Below, piece after piece: positions 1-13,414 of a DNA stretch of 64,000 nucleotides. Position numbers and translations under genes: made by a program. Each line of letters begins with the position of its first letter. Positions within the stretch are counted from its first letter, which is position 1. The stretch comes from the human T2T-CHM13v2.0 reference genome, Homo sapiens. The DNA lies in assembly GCA_009914755.4 (NCBI GenBank), contig CP086569.2:21152001-21216000 (forward strand), given 5' to 3'. Below the pieces are notes generated by a model. The model did not search any database. It saw nothing but the letters and a program-made list of their open reading frames with translations, and was not told the origin of the DNA.

Positions 1-3000
1 CAGACCTTACTGGTGAGTGTTACAGCACTTAAAGCTGTTATGTCCAGAGTTTGTTCCTTCAGATGTTTCCAGAGTTTCTTCCTTCTGGCAGGGTCGTGGT
101 CTTGCTCCCTTCTTTAATGAAGCTGCAGACCTTACTGGTGAGTGTTACAGCACTTAAAGGTGTTATGTCCAGAGTTTTTTCCTTCAGATGTGTCCGGAGT
201 TTCTTCCTACTGGTAGGTTCATGGTCTTGGTCACTTCAAGAATGAAGCTGCAGACCTTACTGTTGAGTTTTAAAGCACTTAAAGATGTTATGTCCAGAGT
301 TTGTTCCTTCAGATATGTCCAGAGTTTCTTCCTTCTGGCAGGTTCATGGTCTTGCTCACTTCAAGAATGAAGCTGCAGACCTTAGTGGTGAGTGTTTCAG
401 CAATTAAAGGTGTTATGTCCAGAGTTTGTTCCTTCAGATGTGTCCAGAGTGTCTTCCTTCTGGCAGGTTCATGGTCTTGCTCACTTCACTAATGAAGCTG
501 CAGACCTTACTGGTGATTGTTACAGCACTTAAAGGTGTTATGTCTAGAGTTTCTTCCTTCAGATGTGTCCAGAGTTTCTTCCTTCTAGCAGGTTCATTGT
601 CTTGCTCATTTCAAGAATTAAGCTGCAGACCTTACTTGTGAGTGTTAAAGCACTTAAAGGTGTTGTGTCCAGAGTTTTTTCCTTCAGATGTGTCCAGAGT
701 TTCTTCCTTCTGGCAGGTTCATGGTGATGCTCACTTCAAGAATGAAGCTGCAGAACTTACTGGTGAGTGTTACAGCACTTAAAGGTGTTATTTCCAGAGT
801 TTGTTTCCTCAGATGTGTCCAGAGTTTCTTCCTTCTGGCAGTTTCGTGGTCTTCCTCACTTCAAGAATGAAGCTGCAGTACTTACTGGTGAGTGTTACAG
901 CACTTAAAGGGGTTATGTCCACAGTTTGTTCCTTCATATGTGTCCATTGTGTCCTCCTTCTGGCAGGTTCATGGTCTTGCTCACTTCACTAATGAAGCTG
1001 CAGACCTTACTGGTGAGTGTTACAGCACTTAAAGGTGTTATATCCAGAGTTTTTTCCTTCAGATGTGTCCAGGGTTTCTGTCTTCTGGCAGGTTCATGTC
1101 TTGCTCACTTCAAGAATGAAGCTGCCGACCTTAGTGGTGAGTGTTACAGCACTTAAAGGTGTTATGTCCAGACTTTGTTCCTTCAGATGTGTCCAGCGTT
1201 TCTTCCCTCTGGCAGGTTCATGATCTTTCTCACTTCAAGAATGAAGCTGCAGACCTTACTGTTGAATGTTAAGGCACTTAAAGGCGTTATGTCCATAGTT
1301 TGTTCCTTCAGATGTGTCCAGCGTTTCTTCCTTCTGGCAGATTCATGGTCTTGCTCACTTCAAGAATGAAGCTGCAGACCTTACTGTTGAGTGTTACAGC
1401 ACTTAAAGGTGTTATGTCCAGAGTTTTTTCCTTCAGATGTGTCCAGCGTTTCTTCCTTCTGGCAGGTTCATCGTCTTGCTCACTTCAAGAATGAAGCTGC
1501 AGACCTTACTGTTGAGTGTTAAAGCACTTAAAGGTGTTATCTCCAGAGTTTGTTCCTTCAGATGTGTCCAGAGTTTCTTCCTTCTGGCAGGTTCATGGTG
1601 TTGCTCACTTCAAGAATGAAGCTGCAGACCTTAGTGTTGAGTGTTACAGCACTTAAAGGTGTTATGTCCAGAGTTTGTTCCTTCAGATGTGTCCAGAGTT
1701 TCTTCCTTCTTGCAGGTTCGTGGTCTTGCTCACTTCCTTAATGAAGCTGCAGACCTTCCTGGTGAGTGTTACAGCACTTAAAGGTGTTATGTCCAGAGTT
1801 TGTTCCTTCAGATGTGTCCAGTGTTTCTTCCTTCTGGCAGGTTCATGGTGTTGCTCACTTCAAGAATGAAGCTGCAGACTTTTGTGGTGAGTGTTACAGC
1901 AGTTAAAGTTGTTATGTCCAGAATTTGTTCCTTCAGATGTGTCCAGTGTTTCTTCCTTCTGGCAGGTTCATGGTCTTGCTCACTTCAAGAATGAAGCTGC
2001 AGACCTTACTGGTTTGTGTTACAGCACTTAAAGCTGTTATGTCCAGTGTTTGTTCCTTCAGATGTTTCCAGAGTTTCTTCCTTCTGGCAGGTTCGTGGTC
2101 TTGCTCACTTCTTTAATGAAGCTGCAGACCTTACTGGTGAGTGTTACAGCACTTAAAGGTGTTATGTCCAGAGTTTTTTCTTCAGATGTGTCTAGAGTTT
2201 CTTCCTTCTGGCAGGTTCATGGTGTTGCTCACTTCAAGAATGAAGCTGCAGACCTTACTGGTGAGTGTTACAGCACTTAAAGCTGTTATGTCCAGAGTTT
2301 GTATCTTCAGATGTTTCCAGAGTTTCTTCCTTCTGGCAGGGTCGTGGTCTTGCTCACTTCTTTAATGAAGCTGCAGACCTTACTGGTGAGTGTTACAGCA
2401 CTTAAAGGTGTTATGTCCAGAGTTTTTTCTTCAGATGTGTCCAGACTTTCTTCCTTCTGGCAGTTTCGTGGTCTTCCTCACTTCAAGAATGAAGCTGCAG
2501 ACCTTAGTGGTGAGTGTTACAGCTCTTTAAGTTGTTATGTCCAGAGTTTTTTCCTTCAGATGTGTCCGGAGTTTCTTCCTACTGGTAGGTTCATGGTCTT
2601 GGTCACTTCAAGTATGAAGCTGCAGTCGTTACTGTTGAGTTTTAAAGCACTTAAAGGTGTTATGTCCAGAGTTTGCTCCTTCAGATGTGTCCAGAGTTTC
2701 TTCCTTCTGGCAGGTTCATGGTGATGCTCACTTCAAGAATGAAGCTGCAGAACTTACTGGTGAATGTTACAGCACTTAAAGGTGTTATGTCCAGAGTTTG
2801 TTTCCTCAGATGTGTCCAGAGTTTCTTCCTTCTGGCAGTTTCGTGGTCTTCCTCACTTCAAGAATGAAGCTGCAGAACTTACTGGTTTGTGTTACAGCAC
2901 TTAAAGGGGTTATGTCCACAGTTTGTTCCTTCATATGTGTCCATTGTGTCCTCGTTCTGGCAGGCTCATGGTCTTGCTCACTTCACTAATGAAGCTGCAG

Positions 3001-4169
3001 ACCTTACTGGTGAGTGTTACAGCACTTAAAGGTGTTATATCCAGAGTATTTTCCTTCAGATGTGTCCAGGTTTTCTGTCTTCTGGCAGGTTCATGTCTTG
3101 CTCACTTCAAGAATGAAGCTGCCGACCTTAGTGGTGAATGTTACAGCACTTCAATGTGTTATGTCCAGAGTTTTTTCCTTCAGATGTGTCCAGTGTTTCT
3201 TCCTTCTGGCAGGTTCTTGGTCTTGCTCACTTAGAGAATGAAGCTGCAGACCTTACTGTTGAGTGTTAAGGCACTTAAAGGTGTTATGTCCAGAGTTTCT
3301 TCCTTCAGATGTGTCCAGAGTTTCTTCCTTCTGGCAGGTTCATGGTGTTGCTCACTTCAAGAATGAAGCTGCAGACCTCAGTGTTGAGTGTTACAGCACT
3401 TAAAGATGTTATGTCCAGAGTTTTCTCCTTCAGATATGTCCAGCGTTTCTTCCTACTGGCAGGTTCATGGTCTTGCACACTTCAAGAATGAAGCTGCAGA
3501 CCTTACTGTTGAGTTTCAAAGCACTTAAATTTGTTAGGTGCAGAGTTTTTTCCTTCAGATGTGTCCAGAGTTTCTTCCTTCTGGCAGGTTCACGGTGTTG
3601 CTCACTTCAAGAATGAAGCTGCAGACCTTAGTGTTGAGTGTTACAGCACTTAAAGGTGTTATGTCCAGAGTTTTTTCCTTCAGATGTGTCTAGCGTTTCT
3701 TCCCTCTGGCAGGTTCATCGTCTTGCTCACTTCAAGAATGAAGCTGCAGACCTTACTGTTGAGTGTTAAAGCACTTAAAGGTATTATCTCCAGAGTTTGT
3801 TCCTTCAGATGTGTCCAGAGTTTCTTCCTTCTGAGAGGTTCATGGTGTTGCTGACTTCAAGAATGAAGCTGTAGACGTTAGTGTTGAGTGTTACAGCACT
3901 TAAAGGTGTTATGTCCAGAGTTTGTTCCTTCAGATGTCTCCAGTGTTTCTTCCTTCTGGCAGGTTCATGGTCTTGCTCACTTCATGAATGAAGCTGCAGA
4001 CTTTTGTGGTGAGTGTTACAGCAGTTAAAGTTGTTATGTCCAGAATTTGTTCATTCAGATGTGTCTAGGGTTTCTTCCTTCTGGCAGGTTCATGGTCTTG
4101 CTCACTTCAACAATGAAGCTGCAGACCTTCCTGGTGAGTGTTACAGCACTTAAAGTGTTATGTCCAGTG

Positions 4170-5400
4170 TTTGTTCCTTCAGATGTGTCCATTGTGTCCC
4201 CTTTCTGGCAGGTTCATGGTCTTGCTCACTTCACTAATGAAGCTGCAGACCTTACTGGTGAGTGTTACAGCACTTAAAGGTGTTATGTCCAGAGTTTGTT
4301 CCTTCAGATGTGTCCAGTGTCTCTTCCTTCTAGCAGGTTCATGGTCTTGCTCACTTCAAGAATGGAGCTGCAGACTTTTGTGGTGAGTGTTACAGCACTT
4401 AAAGGTGTTATGTCCAGAATTTGTTCCTTCAGATGTGTCCAGTGTTTCTTCCTTCTGACAGGTTCATGGACTTGCTCACTTCAAGAATGAAGCTGCAGAC
4501 CTCACTGGTGAGTGTTACAGTACTTAAAGGTGTTATGTCCAGAGTTTGTTCCTTCAGATGCGTCCAGAGTTTCTACCTTCTCTCAGGTTCATGGTCTTGG
4601 TCACTTCAAGAATGAAGGTGCACGCCTTAGTGATGAGTGTTACAGCACTTAAAGGTGTTATGTCCAGACTTTGTTCCTTCAGATATGTCCAGAGTTTCTT
4701 CCTTCTGGCAGGTTCCTTGTCTTGCTGATTTCAAGAATGAAGCTGCAGACCTTAGTGGTGAGAGTTACAGCACTTAAAGGTGTTATGTCCAGACTTTGTT
4801 CCTTCAGATATGTCCAGAGTTTCTTCCTTCTGGCAGGTTCATAGTCTTGCTCACTTCACTAATGAAGCTGAAGACCTTACTGGTGAGTGTTACAGCACTT
4901 AAAGGTGTTATGTCCAGAGTTTGTTCCTTCAGATGTGTCCAGAGTTTCTTCCTTCTGGCAGGTTCATGGTGTTGCTCACTTCAAGAATGAAGCTGCAGAC
5001 CTTAGTGTTGAGTGTTACAGCACTTTAAGGTGTTATGTCCAGAGTTTTTTCCTTCAGATATGTCCATCGTTTCTTCCTTCTGGCAGGTTCATGGTCTTGC
5101 ACACTTCAAGAATGAAGCTGCATACCTTACTCTTGAGTGTTAAGGCATTTAAAGGTGTTATGTCCAGAGTTTGTTCCTTCAGATGTCTCCAGAGTTTCTT
5201 CCTTCTGGCAGGTTCATGGTGTTGCTCACTTCAAGAATGAAGCTGCAGACCTTAGTGTTGAGTGTTACAGCACTTAAAGGTGTTATGTCCAGAGATTTTT
5301 CCTTCAGATATGTCCAGCGTTTCTTCCTTCTGGCAGGTTCATGGTCTTGCACACTTCAAGAATGAAGCTGCAGACCTTACTGTTGAGTTTTAAAGCTCTT
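4170..5400 (+). repeat. Older, more diverged duplicated block with partners at about 8420-9500 (offset 4250 = 34 monomers), about 9545-10500 (a further 9 monomers) and partly about 10510-11200
   Basis: ORFs 4138 (tail 'WSCRLLW'), 4296, 4421, 4546, 4796, 4887 (117 aa) match ORFs 8420, 8545, 8670, 8795, 8920, 9011. The set 9545, 9670, 9795, 9932, 10045, 10136 repeats the same order. ORFs 10511 and 10545 resemble ORFs 4887 and 5171. Confidence 0.55.
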
Positions 5401-8400
5401 AAAGGTGTTATGTCCAGAGTTTTTTCCTTCAGATGTGTCCAGAGTTTCTTCCTTCTGGCAGGTTCATGGTGTTGCTCACTTCAAGAATGAAGCTGCAGAC
5501 CTTAGTGTTGCGTGTTACAGCACTTAAAGGTGTTATGTCCAGAGTTTTTTCCTTCAGATGTGTCCAGCGTTTCTTCCTTCTAGCAGGTTCATCGTCTTGC
5601 TCACTTCAAGAATGAAGCTGCAGACCTTACTGGTGAGTGTTACAGCACTTAAAGGTGTTATGTCCAGAGTTTGTTCCTTCAGATGTGTCCAGAGTGTATT
5701 CCTTCTGGCAGGTTCATGGTCTTGCTCCCTTCACTAATGAAGCTGCAGACCTTACTGTGGAGTGTTACAGCACTTAAAGGTGTTTTGTCCAGAGTTTGTT
5801 CCTTCAGATGTGTCCAGAGTTTCTTCCTTCTAGCAGGTTCATTGTCTTGCTCATTTTAAGAATTAAGCTGCAGACCTTAGTGGTGAGTGTTAAGGCACTT
5901 AAAGGTGTTATGTCCAGAGTTTGCTCCTTCAGATGTGTCCAGAGATTCTTCCTTCTGGCAGGTTCATGCTGTTGCTCACTTCAAGAATGAAGCTGCAGAC
6001 CTTACTGGTGAGTGTTACAGCACTTAAAGCTGTTATGTCCAGCGTTTGTTCCTTCAGATATTTCCAGAGTTTCTTCCTTCTGGCAGGCTCGTGGTCTTGC
6101 TAACTTCTATAATGAAGCTGCAGACCTTACTGGTGAGTGTTACAGCACTTAAAGGTGTTATGTCCAGAGTTTGTTTCTTCAGATGTGTCCAGAATTTCTT
6201 CCTTCTGGCAGTTTCGTGGTCTTCCTCACTTCAAGAATGAAGCTGCAGACCTTACTAGTGAGTGTTACAGCACTTAAATGTGTTATGTCCAGAGTTTGTT
6301 CCTTCAGATGTGTCCAGGGTTTCTGTCTTCTGGCAGGTTCATGTCTTGCTCACTTCAAGATTGAAGCTGCCGACCTTAGTGGTGAGTGTTACAGCACTTA
6401 AAGGTGTTAAGTTCCAGAGTTTTTTCCTTCAGATGTGTCCAGTGTTTCTTCCTTCTGGCAGGTTCTTGGTCTTGCTCACTTCAAGAATGAAGCTGCAGAC
6501 CTTACTGTTGAGTGTTAAAGCACTTAAAAGTGTTATCTCCAGAGTTTGTTCCTTCAGATGTGTCCAGAGTTTCTGCCTTCTGGCAGGTTCATGGTGTTGC
6601 TCACTTCAAGAATGAAGCTGCAGACCTTAGTGTTGAGTGTTACAGCACTTAAAGGTGTTATGTCCAGACTTTTTTCCTTCAGATGTGTCCAGAGTTTCTT
6701 CCTTCTTGCAGGTTCGTGGTCTTGCTCACTTCCTTAATGAAGCTGCAGACCTTACTGGTGAGTGTTACAGAACTTAAAGCTGTTATGTCCAGAGTTTGTT
6801 CCTTCAGATGTTTCCAGAGTATCTTCCTTCTGGCAGGTTCGTGGACTTGCTCACTTCTTTAATGAAGCTGCAGACCTAACTGGTGAGTGTTACAGCACTT
6901 AAAGGTGTTATGTCCAGAGTTTCTTTCTTCAGATGTGTCCAGAGTTTCTTCCTTCTGGCAGTTTCCTGGTCTTCCTCACTTCAAGAATGAAGCTGCAGAC
7001 CTTACTGGTGAGTGTTACAGCACTTAATGGTGTTATGTCCAGAGTTTGTTCCTTCAGATGTGTCCATTGTGTCCTCCTTCTGGCAGGTTCATGGTCTTGC
7101 TCACTTCACTATTGAAGCTGCAGACCTTACTGGTGAGTGTTACAGCACTTAAAGGTGTTATGTCCAGAGATTGTTCCTTCAGATGCGTCCAGAGTTTCTA
7201 CCTTCTGGCAGGTTCATGGACTTGGTCACTTGAAGAATGAAGGTGCAGAACTTAGTGGTGACTGTTACAGCACTTAAAGGTGTTATGTCCAGACTTTGTT
7301 CCTTCAGATATGTCCAGAGTTTCTTCCTTCTGGCAGGTTCATTGTCTTGCTCATTTCAAGAAAGAAGCTGCAGACCTCAGTGGTGAGTGTTACAACACTT
7401 AAATGTAGTATGTCCAGACTTTGTTCCTTCAGATATGTCCAGATTTTCTTCCTTCTGGCAGGTTCATGGTCTTGTTCACTTCACTAATGAAGCTGCAGAC
7501 CTTACTGGTGAGTGTTACAACACTTAAAGGTGTTATGTCCAGAGTTTATTCCTTCAGATGGGTCCAGGGTTTCTGTCTTCTGGCAGGTCCATGGTCTTGC
7601 TCACTTCAAGAATGAAGCTGCAGACCTTAGTGGTGAGTGTTACAGCACTTAAAGGTGTTATGTCCAGAGTTTCTACCTTCAGATGTGTCCAGAGTTTCTT
7701 CCTTCTTGCAGGTTCGTGGTCTTGCTCACTTCCTTTATGAAGCTGCAGACCTTCCTGGTGAGTGTTACAGCCTTTAAAGGTGTTATGTCCAGAGTTTGTT
7801 CCTTCAGATGTGTCCATTGTGTCCTCCTTCTGGCAGGTTCATGGTCTTGCTCACTTCACTAATGAAGCTGCAGACCTTACTGGTGAGTGTTACAGCACTT
7901 AAAGGTATTATGTCCAGAGTTTTTTCCTTCAGATGTGTCCAGGGTTTCTGTCTTCTGGCTGGTTCATGTCTTGGTCACTTCAAGAATGAAGCTGCCGACC
8001 TTAGTGGTGACTGTTACAGCACTTAAACGTGTTATGTCCAGAGTTTTTTCCTTCAGATGTGTCCAGCGTTTCTTCCTTCTGGCAGGTTCATGGTCTTGCT
8101 CACTTCAAGAATGAAGCTGCAGACCTTACTGTTGAGTGTTAAAGCACTTAAAGGTGTTATATCCAGAGTTTGTTCCTTCAGATGTGTCCAGAGTTTCTTC
8201 CTTCTGGCAGGTTCATGGTGTTGCTCACTTCAACAATGAAGCTGCAGACCTTAGTGTTGAGTGTTACAGCACTTAAAGGTGTTATGTCCAGAGTTTGTTC
8301 CTTCAGATGTGACCAGAGTTTCTTCCTTCTTGCAGGTTCGTGGTCTTGCTCACTTCCTTAATGAAGCTGCAGGCCTTCCTGGTTTGTGTTACAGCACTTA

Positions 8401-11400
8401 AAGTTGTTATGTCCAGAGTTTGTTCCTTCAGATGTGTCCATTGTGTCCTCCTTCTGGCAGGTTCATGGTCTTGCTCACTTCACTAATGAAGCTGCAGACC
8501 TTACTGGTGAGTGTTACAGCACTTAAAGGTGTTATGTCCGGAGTTTGTTCCTTCAGATGTGTCCAGTGTGTCTTCCTTCTGGCAGGTTCATGGTCTTGCT
8601 CACTTCAAGAATGGAGCTGCAGACTTTTGTGGTGAGTGTTACAGCAGTTAAAGTTGTTATGTCCAGAATTTGTTCCTTCAGATCTGTCCAGTGTTTCTTC
8701 CTTCTGGCAGGTTCATGGTCTTGCTCAGTTCAAGAATGAAGCTGCAGACCTTACAGGTGAGTGCTACAGAACTTAAAGGTGTTGTGTCCAGAGGTTGTTC
8801 CTTCAGATGCGTCCAGAGTTTCTACCTTCTGGCAGGTTCATGGTGTTGGTCACTTCAAGAATGAAGGTGCAGACCTTAGTGGTGAGTGTTACAGCACTTA
8901 AAGGTGTTATGTCCAGACTTTGTTCCTTCAGATATGTCCAGAGTTTCTTCCTTCTGGCAGGTTCATTGTCTTGCTCATTTCAAGAATGAAGCTGCAGACT
9001 TTAGTGGTGAGTGTTACACCACTTAAAGGTGTTATGTCCAGACTTTGTTCCTTCAGATATGTCCAGAGTTTCTTCCTTCTGGCAAGTTCATGGTCTTGCT
9101 CACTTCACTAATAAAGCTGAAGACCTTACTGGTGAGTATTACAGCACTTTAAGGTGTTATGTCCAGAGTTTTTTCCTTCGGATGTGTCCAGCGTTTCTTC
9201 CTTCTGGCAAGTTCATGGTCTTGCTCACTTCAAGAATGAAGCTGCAGACCTTACTGTTTAGTGTTAAAGCACTTAAAGGTGTTATATCCAGAGTTTGTTC
9301 CGTCAGATGTGTCCAGAGTTTCTTCCTTCTGGCAGGTTCATGGTGTTGCTCACTTCAAGAATGAAGCTGCAGACCTTAGTGTTGAGTGTTAAAGCACTTA
9401 AAGGTGTTATGTCCAGAGTTTGTTCCTTCAGATGTGTCCAGAGTTTCTTCCTTCTTGCAGGTTCGTGGTCTTGCTCACTTCCTTAATGAAGCTGCAGACC
9501 TTCCTGGAGAGTGTTACAGCACTTAAAGGTGTTATGTCCAGAGTTTGTTCCTTCAGATGTGTCCATTGTGTCCTCCTTCTGGTAGGTTCATGGTCTTGCT
9601 CACTTCACTAATGAAGCTGCAGACCTTACTGGTGAGTGTTAAAGCACTTAAAGGTGTTATGTCCAGAGTTTGTTCCTTCAGATGTGTCCACTGTCTCTTC
9701 CTTCTGGCAGGTTCATGGTCTTGCTCACTTCAAGAATGGAGCTGCAGACATTTGTGGTGAGTGTTACATCAGTTAAAGTTGTTATGTCCAGAATTTGTTC
9801 CTTCAGATGTGTCCAGTGTTTCTTCCTTCTGCCAGGTTCATGGGCTTGCTCACTTCAGGAATGAAGCTGCAGACCTTACAGGTGAGTGTTACAGAACTTA
9901 AAGGTGTTGTGTACAGAGATGGTTCCTTCAGATGCGTCCAGAGTTTCTACCTTCTGGCAGTTTCATGGTCTTGGTCACTTCAAGAATGAAGGTGCAGGCC
10001 TTAGTGGTGAGTGTTACAGCACTTAAAGGTGTTATGTCCAGACTTTGTTCCTTCAGATATGTCCAGAGTTGCTTCCTTCTGGCAGGTTCATTGTCTTGCT
10101 CATATCAAGAATGAAGCTGCAGACTTTAGTGGTGAGTGTTACAGCACTTAAAGTTGTTATGTCCAGACTTTGTACCTTCAGATATGTCCAGAGTTTCTTC
10201 CTTCTGGCAGGTTCATGGTCTTGCTCACTTCACTAATAAAGCTGAAGACCTTACTGGTGAGTGTTACAGCACTTTAAGGTGTTATGTCCAGAGTTTGTTT
10301 CCTCAGATGTGTCCAGGGTTTCTGTCTTCTGGCAGGTTCCTGGTCTTGCTCACTTCAAGAATGAAGCTGCAGACCTTAGTGGTGAGTGTTACAGCACTTA
10401 AAGGTGTTATGTCCAGAGATTTTTCCTTCAGATGTGTCCAGCGTTTCTTCCTTCTGTCAGGTTCATGGTCTTGCTCACTTCAAGAATGAAGCTGCAGACC
10501 TTAGTGTTGAGTGTTAAGGCACTTAAAGGTGTTATGTCCAGAGTTTGTTCCTTCAGATGTCTCCAGGTTTTCTTCCTTCTGGCAGGTTCATGGTGTTGCT
10601 CACCTCAAGAATGCAGCTTCAGACCTCAGTGTTGAGTGTTACAGCACTCAAAGGTGTTATGTCCAGAGTTTTTTCCTTCAGATATGTCCAGCGTTTCTTC
10701 CTTCTGGCAGGTTCATGGTCTTGCACACTTCAAGAATGAAGCTGCAGACCTTACTGTTGAGTTTTAAAGCACTTAAATGTGTTATGTCCAGAGTTTGTTC
10801 CTACAGATGTGTCCAGAGTTTCTTCCTTCTGGCAGGTTCATGGTGTTGCTCACTTCAAGAATGAAGCTGCAGACCTTACTGTTGAGTGTTACAGCACTTA
10901 AAGGTGTTATGTCCAGAGTTTTTTCCTTCAGATGTGTCCAGCGTTTCTTCCTTCTGGGAGGTTCATCGTCTTGCTCACTTCACTAATGAAGCTGCAGACC
11001 TTACTGGTGAGTGTTACAGCACTTAAAGCTGTTATGTCCAGAGTTTGTTCCTTCAGATTTGTCCAGTGTCTCTTCCTTCTGGCAGGTTCATGGTCTTGCT
11101 CACTTCAAGAATGGAGCTGCAGACTTTTGTGGTGAGTGTTACAGCAGTTAAAGTTGTTATGTCCAGAATTTGTTCCTTCAGATGTGTCCAGTGTTTCTTC
11201 CTTCTGGCAGGTTTATGGTCTTGCTCACTTCAAGAATGAAGCTGCAGACCTTAGTGGTGAGTGTTACAGCACTTAAAGGTGTTATGTCCAGAGTTTTTTC
11301 CTTCAGATATGTCCAGCGTTTCTTACTTCTGGCAGGTTCATGGTCTTGCTCACTTCAAGAGTAAAGCTGCAGACCTTACTGTTGAGTTTTAAAGCTCTTA

Positions 11401-12169
11401 AAGGTGTTATGTCCAGAGTTTGTTCCTTCAGATGTGTCCAGAGTTTCTTCCTTCTGGCAGGTTCATGGTGTTGCTCACTTCAAGAATGAAGCTGCAGACC
11501 TTAGTGTTGAGTGTTACAGCACTTAAAGGTGTTATGTCCAGAGTTTTTTCCTTCAGATGTGTCCAGCGTTTCTTCCTTCTGGCAGGTTCATCGTCTTGCT
11601 CACTTTAAGAATGAAGCTGCAGACCTTACTCTTGAGTGTTAAGGCACTTAAAGGTGTTATGTCCAGAGTTTGTTCCTTCAGATGTGTCCAGAATTTCTTC
11701 CTTCTGGCAGGTTCATGGTGTTGCTCACTTCAAGAATGAAGCTGCAGACCTTAGTGTTGAGTGTTACGGCACTTAAAGGTGTTATGTCCAGAGTTTTTTC
11801 CTTCAGATATGTCCAGCGTTTCTTCCTTCTGCCAGGTTCATGGTCTTGCACACTTCAAGAATGAAGCTGCAGACCTTACTGTTGAGTTTTAAAGCACTTA
11901 ATGGTGTTATGTCTAGAGTTTGTTCCTTCAGATGTGTCCAGAGTTTGTTCCTTCTGGCAGGTTCATGGTGTTGCTCACTTCAAGAATGAAGCTGCAGACC
12001 TTAGTGTTGAGTGTTACAGCACTTAAACGTGTTATGTGCAGAGTTTGTTCCTTCATATGTGTCCAGAGTTTCTTCCTTCTTGCATGTTCGTGGTCTTGCT
12101 CACTTCCTTAATGAAGCTGCAGACCTTCCTGGTGAGTGTTACAACACTTAAATGTGTTATGTCCAGAGT

Positions 12170-13250
12170 TTGTTCCTTCAGATGTGTCCTGAGTGTCTTC
12201 CTTCTGGCAGGTTCATGGTCTTGCTCACTTCACTAATGAAGCTGCAGACCTTACTGGTGAGTGTTACAGCCCTTAAAGGTGTTATGTCCAGAGTTTGTTC
12301 CTTCAGATGTGTCCAGGGTTTCTGTCTTCTGGCAGGTACATGGTCTTGCTCACTTCAAGAATGAAGCTGCCGAACTTAGTGGTGAATGTTACAGCACTTA
12401 AAGGTGTTATGTCCAGAGTTTGTTCCTTCAGATGTGTCCAACGTTTCTTCTTTCTGGCAGGTTCATGGTCTTGCTCACTTCAAGAATGAAGCTGCAGACC
12501 TTACTGTTTAGTGCTAAAGCTCTTAAAGGTGTTATGTCCAGAGTTTGTTCCTTCAGATGTGTCCAGAGTTTCTTCCTTCTGGCAGGTTCATGGTGTTGCT
12601 CACATCAAGAATGAAGCTGCAGACCTTAGTGTTGAGTGTTACAGCACTTAAAGGTTTTATGTCCAGAGTTTGTTCCTTGAGATGTATCCAGAGTTTCTTC
12701 CTTCTTGCAGGTTCGTGATCTTGCTCACTTCCTTAATGAAGCTGCAGACCTTACTGGTGAGTGTTACAGCACTTAAAGGTGTTATGTCCAGAGTTTGTTC
12801 CTTCAGATGTGTCCAGTGTTTCTTCCTTCTGGCAGGTTCATGGTCTTGCTCACTTCAAGAATGAAGCTGCAGAGTTTTGTGGTGAGTGTTACAGCAGTTA
12901 AAGTTGTTATGTCCAGAATTTGTTCCTTCAGATGTGTCCAGTGTTTCTTCCTTCTGGCAGGTTCATGGTCTTGCTCACTTCAAGAATGAAGCTGCAAACC
13001 ATACTGGTGAGTGATACAGCACTTAAAGGTGTTATGCCCAGAGTTTGTTCCTTCAGATGTGTCCAGAGTGTCTTCCTTCAGGCAGGTTCATGGTCTTGCT
13101 CATTTCAAGAATTAAGTTGCAGACCTTAGTGGTGAGGGTTACAGCACATAAAGGTGTTATGTTCAGAGTTTGTTCCTTCAGATGTGTCCAGAGTTTCTTC
13201 CTTCTGGCCGTTTCGTGGTCTTCCTCACTTCAGCAATGAAGCTGCAGACC
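12170..13250 (+). repeat. Older duplicated block with partners at about 15295-16375 (offset 3125 = 25 monomers) and, for its 3' part, about 21640-22300 (offset 8998)
   Basis: ORFs 12152, 12295, 12420, 12670, 12795, 12920, 13045 match ORFs 15295, 15420, 15545, 15795, 15920, 16057, 16170. ORFs 12670, 12795, 12920, 13045 also match ORFs 21668, 21793, 21918, 22043, some amino-acid-identical. Confidence 0.65.
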
Positions 13251-13414
13251 TTACTTGTGAGTGTTACAGCACTTAAAGGTGTTATGTCCAGAGTTTGTTC
13301 CTTCAGATGTGTCCAGAGTGTCTTCCTTCTAGCAGGTTCATGGTCTTGCTCACTTCACTAATGAAGCTGCAGACTTTACTGGGGAGTGTTACAGCACTGA
13401 AAGGTGTTTTGTCC